Below are positions 27,095-36,382 of a stretch of 64,000 nucleotides of DNA, piece by piece. This stretch comes from an uncultured Prevotellaceae bacterium. Its GTDB lineage: Bacteria > Bacteroidota > Bacteroidia > Bacteroidales > Bacteroidaceae. The translations under genes were made by a program, and so were the position numbers. The notes below the pieces were generated by a model. The model searched no databases. It was not told the origin of the DNA and saw only the letters and a program-made list of their open reading frames with translations. Every line of letters begins with the position of its first letter. The stretch's first letter is position 1. The stretch is taken from NCBI GenBank assembly GCA_900316355.1, contig ONCQ01000003.1, positions 6,113 to 70,112 on the forward strand. The letters run 5' to 3'.

Positions 27095-27436
27095 ATGGAA
27101 ACGACCAGACAAAATAAAATCGCCCGCCTCATCCAGAAGGAGCTGAGCGACATCTTCCAGCGACAGACACAGGCCACCAAGGGTGTCCTCGTCACCGTCA
27201 CCGCCTGCCGCATCAGCCCCGACATGAGCGTCTGCCGCGGCTACCTGAGCATCTTCCCCAGCGAGCGTGCACAGGAGATATGTGATAACATCAACGCCAA
27301 CGTGCGCGAGATACGCTACGAGCTGGGACAGCGCACGCGCCACCAGCTCCGCATCATCCCTGAGCTCAAGTTCTTCGTCGATGACAGCCTCGACTACGCC
27401 GAGAATATCGACCGTCTCCTCAACCCTCAACCATAA
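27095..27436 (+). CDS. rbfA: Ribosome-binding factor A
   Basis: RIARLIQKELSDIF...GVLVTVTACRISPDMSVCRGYLSIF. Confidence 0.85.
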   Translation: METTRQNKIARLIQKELSDIFQRQTQATKGVLVTVTACRISPDMSVCRGYLSIFPSERAQEICDNINANVREIRYELGQRTRHQLRIIPELKFFVDDSLDYAENIDRLLNPQP

Positions 27437-27446
27437 ACCCTCGACC

Positions 27447-28676
27447 TTGTTCTCCCTCTACATCGCCCGCCGCTACCTCTTCTCGCGGAAGAGCCACCAC
27501 ACCATCAACATCATCTCCACCATCTCCGTGTGCGGTGTGGCCTTGGCCACCATGGCCTTGGTGGTCACACTCTCCGTGTTCAACGGCTTCCGCGACACCG
27601 TGGCCTCCTTCTTCACCGCCTTCGACCCCGAGCTGAAGGTCACGCTCTCCGAGGGCAAGCTCCTCGCTGCCGATGACCCCGACCTCGCACGCCTCCGCCA
27701 CTACGATGGCATACAGGTCTATACCGAAGTCCTCGAGGACCAGGCACTCATCGTGGGCAAGGAGCGGCAGTGGGTCATCACCGTCAAGGGCGTCGAGGAC
27801 AACTTCCAGCAGCAGTCCGACATCACCGGCATCCTCTATGGCGACGGCGAGTTCATCCTCCACGCCGATGTCCTCGACTATGGCATCATGGGCATACGCC
27901 TTGCCCAGCAGCTCGGCCTCGGCACCCGCTACGAAGGCGGCCTGCCCATCTACGCTCCCCGTCGCGGCGAGCGTGTCAACATGGCCAACCCCATGCAGAG
28001 CTTCAACCACGATGAACTCTACTCCCCCGGCGTCGTCTTCGCTGTCAACCAGCCCGCCTACGATGCCCATTACATCCTCACGCCCATCAGCTTCGCGCGC
28101 CGCCTCTTCGACCGCCAGGGCATGGTGAGTGCTGTGGAGCTGCGCCTCAAGGACGGCGTCAGCGTACGCCGCGCCAAGGCCGACCTCCGTGCGCTCCTCG
28201 GCGACCGCTTCCGTGTGCAGGACCGCTACGAGCAGCAGGAAGACACCTTCCGCATCATGCAGATCGAGAAGCTCATCGCCTACCTCTTCCTCTCTTTCAT
28301 CCTCCTCGTTGCCTCCCTCAACATCATCGGCTCCCTCTCCATGCTCATGATCGACAAGAAAGCCGATGTCGCCACGCTCCGCGCCCTCGGCGCCAACAAC
28401 CGTCAGATCTCGCAGATCTTCCTGCTCGAGGGCTGGCTCATCAGCGGCTTCGGTGCTGCCGTGGGCATCCTCCTCGGCCTCCTGCTATGCTGGCTGCAGA
28501 TGCAGTTCGGCATCATCAAGCTCGGCACCAGCGAGGGCTCCTTCATCATCGATGCCTACCCCGTCAGCGTCCGTGCCACCGACATCCTCCTCATCTTCCT
28601 CACCGTCCTCCTCACCGGCATCCTCGCCGTCTGGCTCCCCGTGCGCCGCATGACGCGCGACCTGCTGCGGGAGTAG
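27447..28676 (+). CDS. Lipoprotein-releasing system permease LolC/LolE-like (FtsX family); TTG start
   Basis: The N-terminus (M)FSLYIARRYLFSRK matches the family consensus. It has four TM segments with a large periplasmic loop. The ATG-less ORF N-terminus overlapping rbfA was rejected. Confidence 0.7.
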   Translation: MFSLYIARRYLFSRKSHHTINIISTISVCGVALATMALVVTLSVFNGFRDTVASFFTAFDPELKVTLSEGKLLAADDPDLARLRHYDGIQVYTEVLEDQALIVGKERQWVITVKGVEDNFQQQSDITGILYGDGEFILHADVLDYGIMGIRLAQQLGLGTRYEGGLPIYAPRRGERVNMANPMQSFNHDELYSPGVVFAVNQPAYDAHYILTPISFARRLFDRQGMVSAVELRLKDGVSVRRAKADLRALLGDRFRVQDRYEQQEDTFRIMQIEKLIAYLFLSFILLVASLNIIGSLSMLMIDKKADVATLRALGANNRQISQIFLLEGWLISGFGAAVGILLGLLLCWLQMQFGIIKLGTSEGSFIIDAYPVSVRATDILLIFLTVLLTGILAVWLPVRRMTRDLLRE

Positions 28677-28900
28677 GAAGCATAGAAAAAAGACAGGCTT
28701 GTGAGCTACAGCCAATAAGAAAAGAACCACGTTTAACATTGTTTAACGCAACTGCGTGTTCCACGCTGCCCACTTCTTCGTATCTGTGCGCGGTTTATTG
28801 CAATATTAATAGTACTAACTAATTATACTAACAATTCGCCCCATGCAGCAATGCACGGGGCGAATGTTTTATAGCTCAAAAACTATGTGGGGGTGCGATT

Positions 28901-30190
28901 CTATCCGAAGAACAGGGTGGCGACGAGGATGGCGGCGATGACGGAGGCGAGGTCGGCGGCGAGGCCGCAGGGCAGTGCGTAGCGCGTGTTGCGTATGCCC
29001 ACGCTGCCGAAATAGACGGCAAGGATATAGAAGGTGGTGTCGGTGCTGCCTTGGAAGATGCAGGAGAGGCGGCCGGCGAAGGAGTCGGCGCCGTAGTTCT
29101 GCATGCACTCCAGCATCATGCCGCGCGCACCGCTGCCGCTGAGGGGCTTCATGAGCGCTGTGGGCAGTGCGCCGGCGATGTCGCTGTTACCGCCGCAGGC
29201 CTCCACGACCCATGCGATGCCACTGATGAGCCAGTCCATGGCCCCCGAGGCGCGAAAAACGCCGATTCCAACGAGGATGGCGATGAGGTAGGGGATGATG
29301 CCCACGGCGGTGCTGAAGCCGCCCTTGGCACCCTCTATGAAAGCGTCATAGACATTGATCTTACGGCGCACCCCCGCCACGATGAAGACGATGATGATAC
29401 CGAGCAGGATGATGTTGGCCAGGTTGTTCGAGAAGATGCCCATCTCCTCGCGGCTCAGCGCCTGGGCAGCCCATGCCATGCCCGCCACGATGAGCGAGAA
29501 GCTGGCGAGAGTGATGAGCACGGGGCGGTTCCAGAGGCTGATGCGCTGGATGGCACCCGTGATGGCGACGCCCACGACCATCGATATCAGCGTGGCCAGC
29601 AGGATGGGCACGAAGACATCCGTGGGCTGTGCGGCCCCCAGTTGTGCGCGGTAGGCGAGGATGCTCACCGGCACGATGGTGAGGCCCGCGGTGTTCATCA
29701 CCAGGAACATAATCATCGGGTTCGAGGCTGTGTCGCGCAGGCGTTGCAGCTCCCTGTCGTCGATCTCGCCGCGCTCCCTTTTCATTTTTAATTCCTCATT
29801 CTTTATCTCCTGCAGTCCCTCCATCGCCTTCAGTCCCATGGGTGTGGCGGCGTTGTCGAGGCCCAGCATGTTCGCCGAGAGGTTCATGAAGATGTTGCCC
29901 ACCACGGGGTGCCCCTCGGGGATATCCGGGAACAGCTTGCGGAACAGCGGCGACAGCCAGCGCGCCAGGCGCTCCACCATGCCGCCCTGCTCACCAATCT
30001 TCATGATGCCCATCCACAGCGACAGCACAGCCGTGAGGCCCAGCGATATCTCGAAGCCCGTCTTGGCGGAGTCCATTGTGGCGTTCATGATGGCGGGGAA
30101 TACGTCGGTGTCGCCGAAGAACGCCAGCTTCACGGCGGCCACGCACACGGCGATGACGAAGAAAGCAATCCAGATGTAGTTCAGTGCCAT
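28901..30190 (-). CDS. Nucleoside-recognition (Gate) domain membrane protein, SpmA/SpmB-like fusion
   Basis: Starts MALNYIWIAFF. It has two Gate-like halves. The extra 89 codons at the ORF N-terminus lack a ribosome-binding-site context and were excluded. Confidence 0.65.
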   Translation of the reverse strand: MALNYIWIAFFVIAVCVAAVKLAFFGDTDVFPAIMNATMDSAKTGFEISLGLTAVLSLWMGIMKIGEQGGMVERLARWLSPLFRKLFPDIPEGHPVVGNIFMNLSANMLGLDNAATPMGLKAMEGLQEIKNEELKMKRERGEIDDRELQRLRDTASNPMIMFLVMNTAGLTIVPVSILAYRAQLGAAQPTDVFVPILLATLISMVVGVAITGAIQRISLWNRPVLITLASFSLIVAGMAWAAQALSREEMGIFSNNLANIILLGIIIVFIVAGVRRKINVYDAFIEGAKGGFSTAVGIIPYLIAILVGIGVFRASGAMDWLISGIAWVVEACGGNSDIAGALPTALMKPLSGSGARGMMLECMQNYGADSFAGRLSCIFQGSTDTTFYILAVYFGSVGIRNTRYALPCGLAADLASVIAAILVATLFFG

Positions 30191-30362
30191 AAGTAACTCT
30201 TTTTTCGCGGCAAAAGTACAGATAAAAATGAAAAACGAAAAATAAAAGAGTATAAAACGATTCACCGTAAGGTTCGTTTTTTTGAAAAACATTTGGCTGC
30301 AATGTGCAAATCGTGTATCTTTGCCCCTACATTGAGACACGAAACCTAAATATATAAAGACT

Positions 30363-31010
30363 ATGTTCACAACTATCACCAACTGGTACGCCGGCTTGGA
30401 CGCCACGATGCAGATCTTCTGGGCGTGCGCCATCGCTGCCAGTGTTGTCTTCATCATTCAGAACGCCCTCATGCTCTTGGGCCTTGGTGGCATGGATGCC
30501 GATGTAGATGCCGATGTCAGCACCGACTTCGATGTCCATGCCGACGGCGATGCTGATGTCTCCACGGGTCACAGCGGCCACGAGGGCACACTCGGTTCTG
30601 CCGGCATCTTCTCGCTGTTCACGCTGCGCAACTTCATCAACTTCTTCCTCGGCTTCGGATGGGGCGGCATCAGCCTGGCGCCCGTCGTCCACAGCAAGGC
30701 CCTCCTTGTGTTGTTGAGCTTCGCGATTGGCGTCCTCTTCGTCGCCGTCTTCGCTGTGCTGATGCGCATGATGCTGAAGCTGGAGAAGAGCGGCAACTTC
30801 AAGATCCAGGACTGCGTCGGTCAGACCGCCAGCGTCTATCTCCGCATCCCCGGCAACCACAGCGGCGCCGGTAAGGTGCAGATTAGCATCCACGGCTCCG
30901 TGTATGAGCTCAACGCCTTCACCGACAGCCCCGAGCAACTCGCCACTGGCAGCCGCGTGAAAGTCATCGATATCATCGACAGCGGCAGCCTGCTCGTCAG
31001 CCCGCTCTAA
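30363..31010 (+). CDS. NfeD-like membrane protein (OB-fold C-terminus); flotillin partner
   Basis: TM N-terminus plus a C-terminal beta-rich OB domain, adjacent to an SPFH/flotillin gene. Confidence 0.65.
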   Translation: MFTTITNWYAGLDATMQIFWACAIAASVVFIIQNALMLLGLGGMDADVDADVSTDFDVHADGDADVSTGHSGHEGTLGSAGIFSLFTLRNFINFFLGFGWGGISLAPVVHSKALLVLLSFAIGVLFVAVFAVLMRMMLKLEKSGNFKIQDCVGQTASVYLRIPGNHSGAGKVQISIHGSVYELNAFTDSPEQLATGSRVKVIDIIDSGSLLVSPL

Positions 31011-31019
31011 GCCTTTGGC

Positions 31020-31300
31020 TGTTGGCTTTTGGCTTTTGGCTTTTGGCCTTTGGCACTCATCATTAGTAATTTTTATTTTTCACTTATCACTTATCACTCA
31101 TCACTCATCATTGACCTTCGGTCGAGCCTGCTCACGCTCGGGAAAGTTCAAGCAAGCTTGACTCTCCTCTCGCTTAATCGCAGCCTTCATCACTCGTCAT
31201 TCGTCATTCATCATTATTATTTTTCACTTTTCCCTCCCTACGCTCCCCTTTAGGGGGCTCGGGGGCATTTGAACTCTTGAACTCTTGAACTTTTTGAACT
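31020..31300. repeat. Composite repeat cluster: GGCTTTTGGC and CACTTATCA tandem arrays, the 76-bp core identical to the tsaE insert, an inverted PPSPLKG core, and a TTGAACTCTTGAAC array
   Basis: Direct reading. 31113-31188 equals 9071-9146. 31230-31270 is the reverse complement of the 25342 core. Confidence 0.85.
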
Positions 31301-31307
31301 ATACATT

Positions 31308-32693
31308 ATGGAACTCTACGTTATCGTTGTAGCGGCACTCGTTGCCTTCTTCCTTGTGGTAGCCATTTTCAACCGCTACCGTCGTTGTCCTTCGGACAAG
31401 ATTCTTGTTATCTACGGCACCAGCGCCGCCAAGGGCTCTGCCAAGTGCGTGCACGGTGGTGGTACCTTCGTGTGGCCCATCATTCAGGACTATGCCTACA
31501 TGAGCCTCACGCCCATCTCCATTGACGCCAACCTCACCAACGCCCTGTCGCGCCAGAACATCCGCGTCGATGTGCCCTGCCGCTTCACGGTGGGTATCTC
31601 CACGGAGCCCGACTACATGCAGGCTGCCGCCGAGCGTCTGCTGGGTCAGACCCCGCAGCAGATCCAGGAGCTCGCGCGCGACATCCTCTTCGGCCAGCTG
31701 CGTCTCGTCATCGCCACCATGTCCATCGAGGAGCTCAACTCCGACCGCGACAAGTTCTTGGAGGCCATCTCCACCAATGTCGAGGTAGAGCTCAAGAAGA
31801 TAGGTCTGCGCCTCATCAACGTCAACGTCACCGACATCAAGGACGAGAGCGGCTACATCGAAGCCCTCGGTCGCGAGGCTGCCGCCAAGGCCATCAACGA
31901 AGCCAAGGTGCGCGTCGCCGAACAGGATAAGATTGGTGAGATTGGTAAGGCCGAGGCCGTCCGTGAGACCCGCGTGCGCACCGCCGAGGCCAACGCCCAG
32001 GCCGTGAAGGGCGAGAACGAGGCCAAGGTCGAGATAGCCAACTCCGAGGCCTACCGCCGCGAGAAGGAAGCCGAGGCCCAGCGCAAGGCGCAAGCCGCCG
32101 AGAAGGTGCAGGCCGCCAAGGCCCTCGAGGAAGCCTACGCCGCCGAGCAGCTCGCCGAGACCGCCCGTGCCGAGCGTGAGCGCGCCACCGAGACCGCCAA
32201 TGTCATCGTGCAGCAGGAGATTGAGAAGCAGCGCCTCATCATCGCCGCCGAGGCCGAAGCCGAGCAGAAGCGCGCCATCGCCAAGGGTGAGGCCGACGCC
32301 GTCTTCGCCAAGATGGAAGCCGAGGCAAAGGGTCTCTTCGAGGTGCTGACGCGTCAGGCACAAGGTTACGACAAGATGGTGCAGGCCGCTGGTGGCGACG
32401 CCACCGCCGCCTACTCCCTCCTCCTCCTTGAGAAGCTCCCCGAGCTCGTCAAGACACAGGTCGAGGCCATCAAGGGCATCAACATCGACAAGGTCACCGT
32501 CTGGGACAGCGGCGCTGCCGGTGCCGACGGCAAAGGCTCCACGGCCGGTTTCGTCAGCGGTCTCATGAAGAGCATACCCCCTCTCAACGACCTCTTCGAG
32601 CAGGCCGGCCTCAGCATCCCCGAGTACCTCGCCAAGAAGAAAGCCGAGCGCGATGCCGATGCCGCTGCTGCCGCTGCCGACGTCGAGGAATGA
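31308..32693 (+). CDS. Flotillin-like SPFH/band-7 protein
   Basis: N-terminal TM, SPFH domain, and an extended EA-rich coiled coil (AEAEAQRKAQAAEKVQAAKALEEAYAAEQ). Confidence 0.85.
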   Translation: MELYVIVVAALVAFFLVVAIFNRYRRCPSDKILVIYGTSAAKGSAKCVHGGGTFVWPIIQDYAYMSLTPISIDANLTNALSRQNIRVDVPCRFTVGISTEPDYMQAAAERLLGQTPQQIQELARDILFGQLRLVIATMSIEELNSDRDKFLEAISTNVEVELKKIGLRLINVNVTDIKDESGYIEALGREAAAKAINEAKVRVAEQDKIGEIGKAEAVRETRVRTAEANAQAVKGENEAKVEIANSEAYRREKEAEAQRKAQAAEKVQAAKALEEAYAAEQLAETARAERERATETANVIVQQEIEKQRLIIAAEAEAEQKRAIAKGEADAVFAKMEAEAKGLFEVLTRQAQGYDKMVQAAGGDATAAYSLLLLEKLPELVKTQVEAIKGINIDKVTVWDSGAAGADGKGSTAGFVSGLMKSIPPLNDLFEQAGLSIPEYLAKKKAERDADAAAAAADVEE

Positions 32694-32717
32694 TGCACCC
32701 CGTAGCACCCCATTCCC

Positions 32718-33929
32718 ATGAGACGTCGTAAAGCACAGCGCACCAACCAGGCCATCATGCGGGGCGTCATCGCCATGGCCCTCCTCGTGCTCCTTGTGGC
32801 CTACCTCTTCCTCACCATGGTGTCCTGCACACAGTCCCCCCGCGGGGTACCCGTGCAGGGCACCATCAGCGATGCCCCCGACTCCACCCTCGTCCTCGAG
32901 GCCATGACGCTGCGTGGCGTGCAGCCCCTCGACTCCGTGCGGCTGTCCGCCGACGGCACCTTCTCCTTCGCCGTCCCCGCCGACAGTGCCTCCATCCCCG
33001 AGTTCTACCGCCTCCGCATCGCCCGTCGCGTCATCAACTTCGTCATCGACAGCCTCGCCCCCGTGACCATTGAGGCCCCCTATGCCCGCATGTCCACCCA
33101 CTACGACATCCACGGCAATGCCGCCTCGCGCATGATGAAGACCATCTCGCTCCTCAACATCCAGCTGCAGCAGCGCCTCCACGTCCTGCAGTCCGACAGC
33201 GCCCTCTCCGCCCTCGAGAAGAGCGAGCGCGCCCAGCAGCTCGTCGATGCCTACAAGCAGACCCTCAAGGGCGACTACATCCTCAAGGCCCCCGCCTCCG
33301 CTGCCGCCTACTTCGCCCTCTTCCAGACCATCGGCCATCAGATGCTCTTCAACCCCGAGGATGACCGCTCCGACATCCAGTTCTTCGCCGCCGTGGCCAC
33401 GCAGTGGGACCAACTCCACCCCCATCACCCCCGCACCGAGAACCTGAAGAACATCGCCCTCCGCGGCCTCCGCAACACCCGTCAGCCCCGCGCCGTGGAG
33501 CTGCAGGTCGATGGCGAGCGCGTCCGTGAGGTCGGCATCATCGACTTCGGCTTCCCCGACATCCGCGGCCGTGAGCGTCGCCTCAGCGACTTCGGCGACA
33601 ATGTCGTGCTCCTCGACTTCACCGCCTACAGCCTCCCTCGCAGCCAGCAGCGCAACATCGAGCTCCGCGAGCTCTATGCCGCCTACCATGCCCGCGGCCT
33701 CGAGATCTACCAAGTCTCCCTCGACGCCGACGAGCACTTCTGGAAGACCATGTGCGAACAGCTGCCGTGGGTCTGCGTCTCATGCCCAGAAGGCGGTGAT
33801 AATGATATGGTTAAGCTCTACAATGTCATGCAGCTCCCCACCACCTTCCTCATCGGTCGTGGCTCCGAGCTCCGCACCCGTATAGCCGACTTCGCCGACC
33901 TCCGCAAGGCCATCGAAGCAGAATTGTAG
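32718..33929 (+). CDS. Thioredoxin-fold TlpA/AhpC-like thiol-disulfide oxidoreductase with an N-terminal DUF4369-like domain
   Basis: Signal/TM N-terminus. The C-terminal thioredoxin-like domain has a CxxC motif (WVCVSCPEGGD). Confidence 0.6.
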   Translation: MRRRKAQRTNQAIMRGVIAMALLVLLVAYLFLTMVSCTQSPRGVPVQGTISDAPDSTLVLEAMTLRGVQPLDSVRLSADGTFSFAVPADSASIPEFYRLRIARRVINFVIDSLAPVTIEAPYARMSTHYDIHGNAASRMMKTISLLNIQLQQRLHVLQSDSALSALEKSERAQQLVDAYKQTLKGDYILKAPASAAAYFALFQTIGHQMLFNPEDDRSDIQFFAAVATQWDQLHPHHPRTENLKNIALRGLRNTRQPRAVELQVDGERVREVGIIDFGFPDIRGRERRLSDFGDNVVLLDFTAYSLPRSQQRNIELRELYAAYHARGLEIYQVSLDADEHFWKTMCEQLPWVCVSCPEGGDNDMVKLYNVMQLPTTFLIGRGSELRTRIADFADLRKAIEAEL

Positions 33930-34077
33930 GCGTCATAAGTCATTTTCTTGTCAAAACATTTGGTGCGAATCACTTTTCCGCTTATCTTTGCACCGCCGTT
34001 CTGAAGAAAGGGTTCCGCGATAACAAGCGGAGCTCTTTTCCTTTTCTGTCTGTCTTCACAGCAGAACATTGAACTTT

Positions 34078-34133
34078 GGGAGCAGCGAGAGCAATCAAGC
34101 TCGCTTGAATTGCCGAGTCGCGACAAAAGTCAG
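34078..34133. repeat. Left arm of a ~56-70 bp inverted repeat flanking greA
   Basis: GGAGCAGCGAGAGCAATCAAGCTCGCTTGAATTGCCGAGTCGCGACAAAAGTCAGC is the reverse complement of 34756-34811 at about 51/56 positions. Confidence 0.8.
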
Positions 34134-34190
34134 CAAAGCTGAACTATTAAACTTTTGAACCCTTGAACTATTAAACTCAGCAAACATATA

Positions 34191-34661
34191 ATGGCTTACA
34201 TGACACAGAAGGGCTACGACAAGCTCGTAGCCGAGCTCCAGCATCTCGAAGCTGTTGAGCGCCCCAAGGCTTCTGCAGCCATCGCCGAAGCCCGCGACAA
34301 GGGCGACCTCAGCGAAAATGCAGAGTACGACGCTGCCAAGGAGGCACAAGGTCTGCTCGAAATGAAGATCACACAGCTCAAGGCCACCATCGCCGACGCC
34401 AAGATCATCGACACCAGCAAGCTCAACGCCGACACCGTGCAGATCCTCACCCGCGTAGAACTCAAGAACGTGAAGAACAACGCCAAGATGTCCTACACCA
34501 TCGTCAGCGAGACCGAGGCCAACCTGCGCGAAGGTAAGATCAGCGTCAAGACCCCCATCGCCCAAGGACTCCTTGGCCGCAAGGTCGGCGACATCGTCGA
34601 TATCCGCGTGCCCCAAGGCATGATCCAGCTCGAAATCCTCCACATCAGCTACGAGGAATGA
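34191..34661 (+). CDS. greA: Transcription elongation factor GreA
   Basis: MTQKGYDKLVAELQHLE...DLSENAEYDAAKE...GKISVKTPIAQGLLGRKVGD. Confidence 0.9.
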   Translation: MAYMTQKGYDKLVAELQHLEAVERPKASAAIAEARDKGDLSENAEYDAAKEAQGLLEMKITQLKATIADAKIIDTSKLNADTVQILTRVELKNVKNNAKMSYTIVSETEANLREGKISVKTPIAQGLLGRKVGDIVDIRVPQGMIQLEILHISYEE

Positions 34662-34755
34662 AGGCCAGAGGCCTGATTCATGGTTCAGGATTCAGGATTC
34701 ATGGTTCAGGATTCAGGATTCATGGTTTCAAGTTTCATGATTCGTCATTAACTTC

Positions 34756-34811
34756 GTTGACTTTTGTCACGACTCGGCAATTTAAGCAAGCTTAATTGCT
34801 CTCGCTGCTCC
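34756..34811. repeat. Right arm of the inverted repeat flanking greA
   Basis: See 34078-34133. A GGATTCAGGATTCATGG tandem array (34670-34745) lies just inside this arm. Confidence 0.8.
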
Positions 34812-34836
34812 AAAAGTTCGTAATTCCCCATTTCCC

Positions 34837-35235
34837 GTGAGTATTTTCAGTAAAATTGCCGCTGGCGAGATACCCAGCTACTGCTGCGCCAGCAACGAGG
34901 AGTTCTATGCCTTCCTCGACATCAACCCCCTGGTGAAGGGTCACACCCTCGTCATCCCCCGTCGCGAAGTCGATTACATCTTCGACCTCACCGACGAAGA
35001 GCTCGGCCGCCTGCACATCTTCGCCGCCCATGTGGCGCGTGCCATCAAGGCCGTCATCCCCTGCGTCAAGGTCGGCCAGGCCGTCCTCGGCCTCGAAGTG
35101 CCCCACGCCCACATCCATCTCATCCCCATGCAGAGCGAGAAAGACATGCTCTTCTCCAACCCCAAGCTCCAGCTCCCTGCCGATGAGATGCAAGCCGTCG
35201 CCGACGCCATCCGCGCCGAGTTCGACAAACAATAA
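34837..35235 (+). CDS. HIT-family (histidine triad) nucleotide hydrolase
   Basis: HAHIHLIP histidine-triad motif. Confidence 0.85.
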   Translation: MSIFSKIAAGEIPSYCCASNEEFYAFLDINPLVKGHTLVIPRREVDYIFDLTDEELGRLHIFAAHVARAIKAVIPCVKVGQAVLGLEVPHAHIHLIPMQSEKDMLFSNPKLQLPADEMQAVADAIRAEFDKQ

Positions 35236-35241
35236 CGGACT

Positions 35242-36378
35242 CTACTGCCCAAACACGTGGCACCTGCCACCCGGCAACACCTTTATCACGCCCTTCATCT
35301 CCAATGAGAGCATGAGGGGCGTGACTCTGTGGATGAGGAGGGCTAACGTATGCGCCAGTTCGGACATGGAGATGTCGCTGTCCGCCTGACTGAGAACATC
35401 CACGACGGCCTGCTCCTCGGACGAGAGCTCGGGGAACAACGTCGTTTGTTGCGGGGCCGGGTTTTCGTTCTCATGTGGCTCCATCTTCTTCCATCCCATG
35501 TCTGTCAGCAAGTCAGAAGGTGAGGTAATGAGTGTGGCCCCATTACGGCGTATGAGCAGGTTGCAGCCTTCGGAGGTAGTATCTGTAGGGCGCCCGGGGA
35601 AGGCAAATACTTCGCGATGGTAGTCACCTGCCAGTCTTGCCGTGTTCAGGGAGCCGCCACGTGCGGGACTTTCTACGATGACAACTGCATCGGCCAACCC
35701 TGCAACGATGCGGTTGCGCTGCAGGAAATTGACCTTGTCAATGGGTGTGTGGCTCATGAACTCGGTGACCAAGCCTCCGCGTTTCAGCATCTCGATGGCT
35801 GTCGGACGGTGGGTACGGGGATAGATTTCATCAAGGCCATGTGCCAGCACACCGATAGTAGGCAACCCGCACTCCAAAGCAGCGCGATGTGATGCCACAT
35901 CAATACCATAGGCCAGTCCGCTGACAATCAGTGCATCAGAACACTGTTCCGCAATGCCGCGCACAAGTGCATGGCAGAGGTCACGGCCCCGTTCGCTGCA
36001 GCGTCGTGTGCCCACGATGCTGATGATGCGCTGTACATTCAGGTCTGTTGTTCCAAGTGTGTAGAGCAGGAGAGGGGCATCCTCACATTGCGCTAAACGG
36101 GTTGGATAGTTTTCCTCATCCTGAATGTGGAGAATACGGATATGATGGCGGTCGGCGTATTCCACCTCATGCTCGCAGCGAGAAAGCAACTGATCCATCC
36201 GTGCCAGTTCCTCGGAGGCGTGTTCGGAGAACCGCTCGAACATACGTCCCAGATCTCGTCGGTTCTCATAGATAGCTGTGGCAGAACCCAGTTCCTGCAG
36301 CAGTGTGCGCTGTGGTTTGGGCTGTTGGCGCAGTGCCATTGTCAGCGCCATGGTATAGAGTAGTTCTTGTTCAGACAT
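35242..36378 (-). CDS. dprA: DNA processing protein DprA (SMF family)
   Basis: Rossmann-like DprA core (IVSGLAYGIDVASHRAAL...GGSLNTARLAGDYHREVFAFPG). The start was set at MSEQELLYTMAL. Confidence 0.8.
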   Translation of the reverse strand: MSEQELLYTMALTMALRQQPKPQRTLLQELGSATAIYENRRDLGRMFERFSEHASEELARMDQLLSRCEHEVEYADRHHIRILHIQDEENYPTRLAQCEDAPLLLYTLGTTDLNVQRIISIVGTRRCSERGRDLCHALVRGIAEQCSDALIVSGLAYGIDVASHRAALECGLPTIGVLAHGLDEIYPRTHRPTAIEMLKRGGLVTEFMSHTPIDKVNFLQRNRIVAGLADAVVIVESPARGGSLNTARLAGDYHREVFAFPGRPTDTTSEGCNLLIRRNGATLITSPSDLLTDMGWKKMEPHENENPAPQQTTLFPELSSEEQAVVDVLSQADSDISMSELAHTLALLIHRVTPLMLSLEMKGVIKVLPGGRCHVFGQ

Positions 36379-36382
36379 AGGC

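Noticed and set aside
27267-27446. Long N-terminal extension of the lolE-like ORF overlapping rbfA
   Set aside because: It has no ATG start consistent with the family N-terminus and overlaps rbfA in another frame. A TTG at 27447 gives the canonical (M)FSLYIARRYLFSRK start.
31029-31253. 74-aa ORF inside the composite repeat cluster
   Set aside because: It is composed entirely of tandem-repeat and palindromic-core sequence between the NfeD-like and flotillin genes.
31299-33737. 812-aa minus-strand ORF rich in G/V/D/E/A
   Set aside because: It is antisense to the well-supported flotillin and TlpA genes. The low-complexity translation is typical of spurious ORFs on the non-coding strand of high-GC genes. 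The same reasoning applies to 11553-13550, 12259-13410, 9827-11056, 17669-19135, 7462-8589, 5167-6279, 22422-23345, 25529-26563, 24127-24996, 61694-62572 and similar ORFs.
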